NCBI GenBank assembly: GCA_951406725.2
Contig: OX597814.1
Location: forward strand, 77,438,001-77,502,000
Reading direction: 5' to 3'
DNA: 64,000 nucleotides
Source: Octopus vulgaris
Lineage: Eukaryota
The translations under genes were made by a program, and so were the position numbers. The notes below the pieces were generated by a model. It ran no database searches and was not told where the DNA came from. It saw only the letters and a program-made list of their open reading frames with translations. This document shows positions 53,840-64,000 of the stretch, piece after piece (the stretch's first letter is position 1; every line of letters begins with the position of its first letter).

Positions 53840-53945
53840 CTATTTTCCATGTTTTTGTTTTTTTATGTTCTCGTTTTTCATTTTGTTCATGTTTTTTTGA
53901 CATCCTGTACCTATATATGCATGTATATATTCATATATATGTAGG

Positions 53946-53986
<41 letters not shown>

Positions 53987-54645
53987 TATATTATTATATG
54001 ATTGAATGCCACACATCCATTTCCAAGTAAGTTTTATCTTAATAATTCTGATGCACACTCTACAACTATCTCTATTCTCCCTCTCTTCTTTCTTTCTGTT
54101 TTTCTTCTCCTCCTCCTTCACTGTTCTCTTTCTCTCCCTCACTCTTCCTGCTTGACTCTCTCGTTGCTCATACGTGACCAACGGCTATCTTTTTTCCAAG
54201 AGACAAGACACTTTTGCCTGTCTCCTGTCAAAGTTCGTTTCCCTAGCGTTCACCACTTCACCTAGTTATGGCTCAACAGCCCTTACCGTTTGGTTTTACT
54301 GTTTTGTTCTTACTGTCCTGTTTTTGTTACCACTTTAACTCTTCGCAAATCTCAAAATTTATTCAATTTGCTTTTTGGGAATGACTGTTTTAATGAAGTC
54401 GCATCTTGTACCAACATTCAAAACAGGGAGTAGATAAAACAGGGAACAACTAATGAAGGGATTGTTCTTTATGTTGCCTGTCTCCTTTCTCTATTTGTTT
54501 CTTTTGTTGTTCGAAAAAAGTTTGTTTTCCTTGTTTTTGTTTTTTTATGTTCTCGTTTTTCATTTTGTTCATGTTTTTTTGACGCCCTGTACCCATATAT
54601 GCATGTATATATACATATATATGTAGGTAAGTACATGTATGTATG
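53840..54645 (+). repeat. Interspersed element with ~115-bp direct repeats (53845-53955, 54530-54640)
   Basis: TGTTTTTGTTTTTTTATGTTCTCGTTTTTCATTTTGTTCATGTTTTTT..CCTGTACC.ATATATGCATGTATATA occurs twice. The layout is pLTR-like, but no intact HHR was seen. Confidence 0.6.
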
Positions 54646-54646
54646 C

Positions 54647-54697
<51 letters not shown>

Positions 54698-54761
54698 TAG
54701 ATAGATGGACAGATAGATAGATAGAGATAGATAGATAGATGGACAGATAGATAGATAGAGA

Positions 54762-54792
<31 letters not shown>

Positions 54793-54959
54793 CTATAGAT
54801 AGCATCATCAATACCATCATAATCCTCATTTTAATGTCTAATTTTCCATGCTTGGCATGCAGTGAGATGAATGAAAGAATATATACGTACATACATACTT
54901 ACCTACCTACCTACGTACATATATATGTACGTATGTATGTACATACGTACATACATACA

Positions 54960-55003
<44 letters not shown>

Positions 55004-56839
55004 CATCATTTAACATCCTTGTTCTATGCTGCTGATGAGTCAGACAATTTGAGAGGATCCAATGGACCTAAAGACAGCATCATGCTCCAATGTTTGCTAT
55101 GGCAGGTTTTCTACAGTTGGATGCCCTTTCTAATGCCAACTACTTTACAGCATGTACTGGGTGCTTTTTTCCAGTCACACCACTAGTGAGGCCACCATGC
55201 AGTTTGGAAGACTATGAACTCTAAGAGAGTAACTTTATGCTAGGAGATGAGGAGCAAAAGATGGTAAAAACATGAGAAAAAGAACCCACAGCAAAACAGG
55301 TTTTGTTGCTGTAGAGTAGCTACATGACTATTCATATTTAAGAAGAGAAGGTATGAGTGATCGAGTGAAGATGAAGAGTGATGATCATTACTATCATTGA
55401 TGAATAGGAGGGAGTAGAAGATGACTGGTGTCTCTGAGTAGCAGAATAGCAAAGATTAAACATTAAACAAGAGAAGGGTGAGAAAGGGGTGATGTTAAAT
55501 AGGTTGCAAGAGTAGAGATGGGGGGAAGAGTGAAGCAGGCATAGTGCATGAGGAGGGGGAAAAACATGTTGTGTGTGAGGGGAGAAGAGTTAAGACAGGG
55601 TGGGGATGATTAATGAAAGTTTGGGTAGAGAGAACAGTACTACTACATATACAATTATTTTTAGTGAGCTATTATCATAATAATGGCTTTCCACTTATCT
55701 CCATATTTTTGTTCTAGGTGCAGGCATGGCTGTGTGGCAAGAAGCTTGCTTCCCAACCACATGGCTCTGGGTTCAGTCTCTCTGCATGGGTAAGTGTCTT
55801 CAACTATAGCCTCAGACTGACCAAAGCCTTGTGAGTGGATTTGGTAGACAGAAACTGAAAGAAGCTATTTTGCATTTTTATGCTTTTCTGTCTCTTTTTT
55901 AATCACCACTAATCTAATATGGAAGAATTAAGTGTCACTTAATCAAAACAATATTGTGAAAGACATAGAATATTTTACATTTGTAAAGTAAAAACGTTTT
56001 GGCAACAATAACATATTTTTACAGCTGCTTGTTGAAAATTGCATATTTTATCTGAGAGCAGCCACATAACACTTTTAATTCTTGGCATAACATCAAACTT
56101 GTATTTTAAGTTGCATAATAATTACTTATCTTTTATTTGTTTTGGTCATTAGACTGAGGCCATGCTAGCATACTGCCTTGAAGGGTTTCGTTAAACAAAT
56201 CAACCTCAGTATCTTTTTTTAAAGTCTGATACTAATTCTATTGGTTTCCTTTTTACTGAACCACTAAGTTATAGGGACATACACTGGTTGTCAAGTGGAG
56301 GTGGGTGACACACCCAAACACACACAGACATAGCTTTTTTCAGTTTTTGTCTACTAAATCCATTCACAAGGCTTTGGTTAGTCAGGGCTATAGTAATAGA
56401 TATTTGCCCAAGGTGCCATGCAGTGGGGCTGAACTCAGAACCATGAGATTGGGAAGTCAACTTCTACTACACAGCCATTCCTAGACAAATTTTACTGAAG
56501 TTCCTTCCTCAGCCTATTAGCTTTCTTGTAGCGGATCTATAAAAGCAGTTATGAAGCAAATCAATACAGTTCAGTGTCAAACTGAAACAATGCCAACAGT
56601 AAGCATTACATGAAAACAGGAAATCGCATACTACTGCAACAATTTATAAAATTACTTTTACTTAAAGAATTTTGAAATAAAGTTGAATTGAAATATTTTT
56701 TATTCTACTTTGATAGGAAAATCTGCATCACAATTGCAGCGAAAGAATTCATTAAGATAGGGGTGGGGAAGGGGAAACCCATTGAATTTTTAGACAGAAC
56801 AATCCTGGAACTGGTTAAATCCCATCACTACAGACCTTA

Positions 56840-57677
56840 TCTCTCTATATATAAATGGCAGTTTGTCTGTCTGTGTGTCTGTGTGTCTGTCAGGTTGTAC
56901 TCTCACCCTGACCACGGCTTTCAACCGATTCTGATGAAACTTGACACACACATAGCCCAATGTCATAATTCAAAAGTAACGCAGCAAAAATTTTGAAAAG
57001 TTCCCCCAGTTCTGAAAAAAATTGATAAATTCGACATGGGGTCGAGAACCTAAGCTTCTTATATGCAACACATTTTCTGTTGTAGTTTTCGCAACTTGCA
57101 ATCGATTTTCACCAAACTCATGGTGAAGCTTAATGTTACCCTATGAAACTTAATTCTGACGTTAGTTTTCCATGCAATACCTTACCATCAGAAAAAAATC
57201 GATAAAATCATGCCATTTTGGGAAATCGCGTTCAAATTCAAGATGACATATTTTCAACAATATCTTTAACAAATTGGCAGGAATTTTTTTTTAATTCACA
57301 GCGAGCATCGTGTCTGCTCCAAGGAGCTATATGGCCCCTTTTATTCCAATAGGATACTTTATTACTGGAAAAAATCGGTTAATTAAATCATATGTGGCAC
57401 ACATAGCAAACCGATTTGTGTATTAAACACAAACCACAGACTGTCTAGGGGGCGCAACTCGACCTTTTAACTCTCTTGGGAGGCGCAATGATGTTTTCAT
57501 GTTTTCGCCTAAAGGGACAGCTAGGAACATCGTATACACAGAAGTATTCGAGTGAAGAGAAGACATTGCAACCTACACATGCGCCTTCGTTCCCTAGGGG
57601 AAAAGGACTAGATTGGGATTAGTCGTTGCCTACTAGGGGCTCTTACATACCCAGGCAATGCCGGGCTATGCTGCTAG
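56840..57677 (+). mobile_element. Non-autonomous Helitron
   Basis: A|TCTCTCTATATATAAATGGCAG..(TGTC)n start and CCCAGGCAATGCCGGG..CTAG|T end. Confidence 0.75.
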
Positions 57678-57784
57678 TACACAGATATATATGCAAACTT
57701 ATATATTTAAATCTGTCTGTCTGTCTGTCTGTCTATCTGTCTATCTATCTATCTCTCTATCTATCTATCTGTTATCTCTCTCTC

Positions 57785-57845
<61 letters not shown>

Positions 57846-57925
57846 AGAGAGAGAGAGTTTTTGAAGTGATGTATAGATATTGTATATTGAGAACAGCAAG
57901 GTAGTCAAAATGTTATATCATTGTA

Positions 57926-58322
57926 ATCATCATCATCATCGTTAAACGTCTGTTTTCCATGCTAGCATAGGGTGGACGGTTTGACCGGGGATTGGGAAGC
58001 CAGGAGGCTGCACCAGGCTCCAGTCTGATCTGGCAGTGTTTCTACAGCTGGATGCCCTTCCTAACGCCAACCACTCCATGAGTGTAGTGGGTGCCTTTTA
58101 TGTGCCAGGAGAGACTGGCAGTGGCCACGTTCAGATGGTGCTTTTTATGTGCCACGGTGCCACCGGCACAGGTATCACAACTACAATTTCCATTTGATAT
58201 TTATTTTGATGTTGATGTTGATGTACTTGACTCAATAGGTCTCCTCAAGCACAGCAGGTCACCCTACGATCCAAGGAAAGCACAGCAGGTCATTCTGCAA
58301 TCCAAGGTACTTTGGATGGGCT
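57926..58322 (-). mobile_element. RTE 3'UTR fragment
   Basis: (CAT)n tail and family 3'UTR motifs. Confidence 0.8.
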
Positions 58323-58989
58323 ATATTTTTATTTACATTTTTAGCGCTTTCTTCTGTTATTTTTGTAAGTTTGTTTTGCCTTTTTGCATAAAACTGAAAC
58401 TGATGATGTTTTAGAAAGGGGGAGAGATAAAAGGAGAGAGAGAGAGAGGGTGGAGAGAGAGGAACAAATTAGAAAGAAAGGTGCAGGGGTGAGAGAGAAG
58501 GAGAGAGTGGGAGATAGTAAAGATAAGGAGAACAGAAAGTAGGAGTGTTTTGGGGTTTTGTGAAGGAAGAGAAAAGAAAGAAGAAAAAGTTTGAGAGTCA
58601 GGAGATAAAGGAGGCATGGTCAGACTTGCTTGATTAGGATTCAATATTTGTTTGTTTTTTTTTTTTCTTTTAATGACCTTTTGTATTCAAGTAGTCTAAG
58701 TTTTTAATTGGAAAACCAGATGTTTTTGATTTTCACCAGTAAGAATTATAATTACATTTCAAGGTCTTGATTTTTTAATTCTTTTGTATTCATTAATGTA
58801 ATGGGGAGAGAATGGTCAATTGGCTGTGGTCAGAGTTTTTTTTTATTAAAATTCCAGATGTTAGCTTTGATTTAGCCATGTAAGGCTATATTTTGAAAGA
58901 GTAATTTTTAAGTAAGTATAGGTATGATTTTAAATACAATTTGAAAAAAGCTTAAGTATGGGAAAGTGTTTGTCAATTATATATATACA

Positions 58990-59755
58990 TGTAACTGCTA
59001 GAGTAAGGATAACCTGGGCAAAGTTCAGAGAGCTCCTACCACTGCTGGTGACAAAGAGCCTCTTGTTCAGAGTAAAAGGTAGACTGTATGACACACGTGT
59101 GCAAACAACCATACTACATGGCAGTGAAACATGGGCCGTGACTGCTTAGAACATGCATAAGCCTGCAAGGAATCAAGCCTGTATGCTCCGCTGGATGTGT
59201 AATGACAGTGTGCATAAACAACAGAGTGTAAGTGCCCTGAGAGAAAAGTTGAATTTAAGAAGCATCATATATGGTGTGCAAGGGAGATGACTGTGCAGGT
59301 ATGGCCATGTGTTGTGAATGGATGAGGACAGCTATGTAAAAAAGTGTCACACCCTAGCAGTTGAGGGAGCTTGTAGAAGAGGTAGACCCAGGAAGACCTG
59401 GGATGAGGTGGTGAAGCATGGCCTTCAAACATTGGGTCTCTCTGAGGCAATGACAAGTGACCGAGATCTTTGGAGATATGCTGTGCTTAAGAAGACCTGG
59501 CAAGCCAAGTCAGACCATAACCATGGCCTATGCCAATGCTGCCTCACTAGCCCTCATGCCAGTGGCATGTAAAAGTACCCACTACACTCTCGGAGTGGTT
59601 GGCATTAGGAAGAGGATCCAGCTGTAGAAACTTTGCCAGATCAGACTCGAGGCTGGTGGCGCCTTCTGGTTCGCCAACCTTCAGTCAATCCGTCCAACCA
59701 ATGTCAGCATGGAAAGCAGACATTAAATGATGATGATGATGATGATGATGATGAT
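58990..59755 (+). mobile_element. RTE LINE 3' portion with (GAT)n tail
   Basis: WAKFRELLPLL, LHGSETWAVT and RGRPRKTW, followed by the 3'UTR. Confidence 0.9.
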
Positions 59756-59779
59756 AATGTGTGTGTGTGTGTATATATA

Positions 59780-59815
<36 letters not shown>

Positions 59816-60445
59816 ATATATAATATATATATATGAAAATAATTTTTGGAAATAATTTTTGAAAAAACTTTTTAAAAAATCTATGAATAACTCTTGCAAG
59901 GGGAAATTACTCCCATTAGGCGATTGGTCGGTTTTTTTTGGAAGCAAACGCTGGAATTATATATACCCTTATGTTTCTTTGACGATGTTAATCTTTAGAC
60001 AAGCAGGCCTAGACGAACACACGAACACACGAAAACAGAAAATTTTTTCAGCCGCCTGACAGGTTTTTTCAGCAGTGCTCATTATCTAGCGCCCCTCGCC
60101 AACATACGGCCGCGCACACATAGGCTAGTATACACATACATGCTTTTAGGTAGGTTTTGTCTTGCCCCTAAAATACACCCTGTATTCTTAAAATATTCAG
60201 AACATTAGTTTTGGTCACACACAACATCTCCACACCCCTTGTTCTCATTAATTCCTCACCTACTAGATTTGACCGCAGCCTGACCTGTAATTATTCCAAC
60301 GGACCTTTTGTCGGCCCCCACCAACCCCCCGATTTCAACGTACATTGATAAACAGTTTAACCATGGGCTCTTAAGGAGCGGCCTCGTTCGAATTGCTTTG
60401 CTGCGCCTCTGTTTTGTTTTGCTCTGTCAACGTAATTCCTGCTTT

Positions 60446-60525
60446 TTCCTGAAGAGAAAGCTGCAATATGGTATCCTTATTTAATCAGAATTTGGAAAAT
60501 TGTGGCCTTTGAAACATGTGTAGAA
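60446..60525 (+). ncRNA. Type I hammerhead motif in a PLE-like pLTR (~60180-60590)
   Basis: TTC-CTGAAGA-GAAAGCTGCAAT..ATTGTGGCCTTT-GAAAC-ATGT-GTA-GAA, with a GUA triplet and 3-bp stem I. Confidence 0.6.
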
Positions 60526-60663
60526 TGTAATAAAAGGAATTCTGTACAATCTTCGTTCAACTCCATTTCTTCCATTCACTAATTATATATATGTAATATA
60601 TATATATAATGAGTCCAATCCATGCTAGCATGGAAAGTGGACGTTAAACGATGATGATGATGA

Positions 60664-60868
<205 letters not shown>

Positions 60869-61408
60869 CTCTAATTTAATTATATGTTCTGACTAAGTAT
60901 CGAACTAAGTTTAGTGACTGCTTTATTTCATGCATTCACCTTGTGTCCTTTTAAAGTGAACTTTTGACTGCCTTCTAATTTGCATACAGGTTTGTTTTGT
61001 AAGTGGCATGATACTTTTTGCACATGGGTCTTTAGGTTCTGCTTTTTTTTAATCAGCATGCATTTTTGAGTATATATTACATTGTAGTGATTCACATATT
61101 CACTCCATTATTTGCTTGCATTCGAGTAATGTAATCCAAGTTAATAAATCTGTATTAAAACATAACAATATATATATATAATAGAAATATTAAAATTACT
61201 AAGTCTCTCTAAAAGAGAACAACGGCAGCGTTCCCGGAAAATAATAGTTATCGCCATACTAATATGGCATTCTTATAAAAATAAGAATAAAGCTGTCCGC
61301 TTATTAGCTCCATGAGGCCATCGCCTTAAGTTAGCTATTTGATACACAAACTGTATCCATATAACCTTCAAAAAGGGAGGTCAGTCGCTCCACACTACTT
61401 GACCGGCA

Positions 61409-61450
61409 GCTACAGACGCGTTTCGGGGTATTGCCCCTTTTCAATGTAGC
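61409..61450 (-). ncRNA. Type I hammerhead ribozyme, U3-A8 variant
   Basis: GCTACA-TTGAAAA-GGGG(CAATA)CCCC-GAAAC-GC-GTC-TGTAGC on the minus strand. Confidence 0.85.
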
Positions 61451-62044
61451 GTAGCCAGACCAGTAGGTGTCGCTTCTGACAATCTCTGTTCGAAGGTTTT
61501 ATTTACCTAGCATCGGTGGAATACATCCACTTGTTTTCAATAATAGAAATATTAAAATTACTAAGTCTCTCTAAAAGAGAACAACGGCAGCGTTCCCGGA
61601 AAATAATAGTTATCGCCATACTAATATGGCATTCTTATAAAAATAAGAATAAAGCTGTCCGCTTATTAGCTCCATGAGGCCATCGCCTTAAGTTAGCTAT
61701 TTGATACACAAACTGTATCCATATAACCTTCAAACAAGGGAGGTCAGTCGCTCCACACTACTTGACCGGCAGCTACAGACGCGTTTAAAGTGACATAACT
61801 TTAGAACAGCTATCGGAATTCCATAATAATTAATGTTCCAAACCCCAACTTCAGAATTATATATTATTTTCAAATTAATTGAAACAAAGATCCTGCATTT
61901 GAAGTTAAGTTACGTTAAGTTAAGAGAGACTTAGTAATTTTAATATTTCTATTATTGAAAACAAGTGGATGTATTCCACCGAAGCTAGGTAAATAAAACC
62001 TTCGAACAGAGATTGTCAGAAGCGACACCTACTGGTCTGGCTAC

Positions 62045-62086
62045 GCTACATTGAAAAGGGGCAATACCCCGAAACGCGTCTGTAGC
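62045..62086 (+). ncRNA. Type I hammerhead ribozyme, U3-A8 variant
   Basis: Identical motif on +: 6-bp stem I extendable past a bulge (CTGGC/GCCGG, CTACT/AGTAG), 4-bp GC stem II, ACGCGT palindrome and GUC triplet. Confidence 0.85.
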
Positions 62087-62250
62087 TGCCGGTCAAGTAG
62101 TGTGGAGCGACTGACCTCCCTTGTTTGAAGGTTATATGGATACAGTTTGTGTATCAAATAGCTAACTTAAGGCGATGGCCTCATGGAGCTAATAAGCGGA
62201 CAGCTTTATTCTTATTTTTATAAGAATGCCATATTAGTATGGCGATAACT

Positions 62251-62292
<42 letters not shown>

Positions 62293-62296
<4 letters not shown>

Positions 62297-62978
62297 TCAT
62301 CATCATTTAATGTTCGCTTTCCATGCTAGCATGAGTTGGATGTGTGACTGAGGGCTGGCGAACCAGATGGCTGCACCAGGCTTCAATCTTGATCTGGCAG
62401 AGTTTCTACAGCTGGATGCCCTTCCTAACACCAACCACTCTGAGAGTGTAGTGGGTGCTTTTACATGCCACCGGCACAGAGGCCAGATAGCCACTCTTAC
62501 AACGATCATGCTCAGATGCTGCTCTTAATACCCTACTAGCACAGGGCTCGAGTGCCAGTAGTGCGACGCTGGTAACAATCACGCTCAAATGGTGCCTTTT
62601 AAGTGCCACTAGCACGGAAGCCAGTTAGCTGCTCTGTCAGCGATCACACTCGTATGGTGCTCTTTGCACGGACGCCAGTCATCGAATTTGATTTTGATTT
62701 TTGATTTTTGATTTCTGATTTCACTTGCCTCAACAGGTCTTTGCAAGCAGAGTTTTAGTGTCCACAGAAGGAAAGGTGCGCATAAGTGGGCTGGTAATGC
62801 CCCTGGCATAGGCCATGAAATTATGGTCTCATTTGGCTTGCCTGGTCTTCTCACGCACAGCATATTTCCAAAAGTCTTGGTCCCTAGTCATTTCCTTAGT
62901 GAGGCCCAAAGTTCGAAGGTCGTGCTTCACAACTTCATCCCAGGTCTTCCTGGGTCTACCTCTTCCACAGGTTCCCTC
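62293..62978 (-). mobile_element. RTE LINE 3' end
   Basis: (CAT)n tail, 3'UTR units, and RGRPRKTW in antisense. Confidence 0.85.
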
Positions 62979-63218
62979 ATTACATTAAAATAGAAAATGA
63001 CTCCCCTCACCTCTGCACACAAGGGAAATATTTAATAAATTAGTCCAGGCATAATTGCAATCATACACACATACGCGTTTCACACATATATATACACATT
63101 CATATGTAAAGATGATAATTGCCAGTAACAATGACAATTTTTTATAACATTCTATATAATTGTACATAACATATAAAACACTAAAATCTAGTTATGGAAA
63201 ATAAAAACAAAGTTTTCA

Positions 63219-63766
63219 TCAATGACCATCTCCTACTTTCTCCATCAAATCGTCACATATTTTCGTGAGTTCTTTTATTTGATTTTTCTTTAATTCAAGC
63301 TCATTTTGTAGTTCAGCAATTTTCATATCTTTGTGTTTACCTGAAGCTTCAAGACATGAGGTATCAATTGTCAATTTCTTCAAGGCTGCTACTTCCTTTT
63401 CAAGGTTAGCTTGAGTTTCTTGACTTTCTTTCTTCAGTGTGACAAGTGCCACTTTTCCTTCTTTTACTTTTGCTACCATATCCTTAACCCTTTAGTATTT
63501 AAACCGGCCATATCCGGCCAAAATATTTAATCTGTTTTATGTTCAAAATGACCAGATCCAGGCCCTCACACCTACCCTACAATGTGATTCTACATTAGGT
63601 AATTACACCATCAAGATCTTGAAGATATGAGATAATGCATGATTAATTCAAATCAATGTGAATCAATAAGCATTATGTTTGATAGAATAATCAGAACACT
63701 AAAGGGTTAACATGGTTCTTTAACATTTCTTCATTCTTTTTCAAGCTTTCTATTATTGTCTTTGTA
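63219..63766 (-). pseudogene. TACC: TACC-domain coding fragment, intronless, interrupted by a MITE (possible retrocopy)
   Basis: Removing the MITE gives a continuous frame: TKTIIESLKKNEEMLKNHVKDMVAKVKEGK...ELELKKNQIKELTKICDDLMEKVGDGH*. This matches the TACC motifs 'KEVIEGYRKNEESLK' and 'ENEELTRICDDLISKM'. Confidence 0.75.
63488..63706 (+). mobile_element. piggyBac-type MITE inserted in the TACC frame
   Basis: TTAA|CCCTTTAG...CTAAAGGG|TTAA: perfect 8-bp terminal inverted repeats and a TTAA duplication. Confidence 0.9.
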
Positions 63767-63916
63767 TTATATATATATATATAAGTTCAGCAAAATTTAG
63801 ATTCAGATGAATATGGTACGTAAGTCAAAGGCACCAGAATTTTGTATGGTATTATCCATATAAATTAAATGGGGTGATTATAATCAAAATAAGCAACAAG
63901 TATATCTGAGGTAGAG

Positions 63917-64000
63917 TAGTACAATTGTTTCATGCTACTTCATTTTATTAAACACTGTAAGTATTACATCAGTTTTAAAATGTCAAGCAATCTTCAGCCA
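63917..64000 (-). ncRNA. Type I hammerhead motif in a TA-flanked PLE-like insertion (63783 to window end)
   Basis: Minus strand reads TGG-CTGAAGA-TTGC...GCAT-GAAAC-AATT-GTA-CTA, with a palindromic AATT loop and GUA triplet. Confidence 0.6.

Larger units (their letters stand above)
61178..62255. mobile_element. Retrozyme/PLE-pLTR-like element: ~362-bp unit as 1.7 tandem copies plus one inverted copy
   Basis: Unit A 61181-61542, unit B 61543-61786 (truncated within the HHR), spacer, and inverted copy 61923-62255. Copies are near-identical and flanked by (TA)n. Confidence 0.8.

Noticed and set aside
54450-54520. Possible hammerhead (CTAATGA...CGAAA)
   Set aside because: The core is mutated and no convincing stem II, stem III or cleavage triplet could be drawn.
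59830-60128. Possible further Helitron ending in CTAG
   Set aside because: The 5' TC is obscured by (TA)n and the 3' hairpin is unclear, so there is not enough support to list it as a feature.

Overview
AT-rich, microsatellite- and transposon-dense eukaryotic DNA. The repeat families (tRNA-derived SINEs, RTE LINEs with (GAT)n tails, TA-flanked Penelope-like pieces) suggest a cephalopod, probably Octopus; this is inference. Host genes: (1) the last six exons of a + strand ankyrin-repeat gene (2471-17429), with canonical GT-AG sites and consistent phases; (2) a convergent - strand CCDC34 orthologue (coding exons 24613-24252 and 21098-20548); (3) an intronless - strand TACC-domain fragment (63219-63766) interrupted by a TTAA-flanked piggyBac-type MITE. 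The rest is nested mobile DNA: RTE, R4/Dong, CRE-like and Penelope-like retroelements, SINEs, Helitrons, Tc1/mariner (DD37D), pogo, Chapaev3-like and MITE elements. The most notable unannotated signal is about a dozen hammerhead-ribozyme (HHR) motifs from several families. One is a ~362-bp tandem/inverted unit (61178-62255) with an intact SMalpha-like type I hammerhead and a U3-A8 variant core, a candidate non-LTR retrozyme that could produce circular RNA. All coordinates were read by eye; repeat boundaries are approximate.
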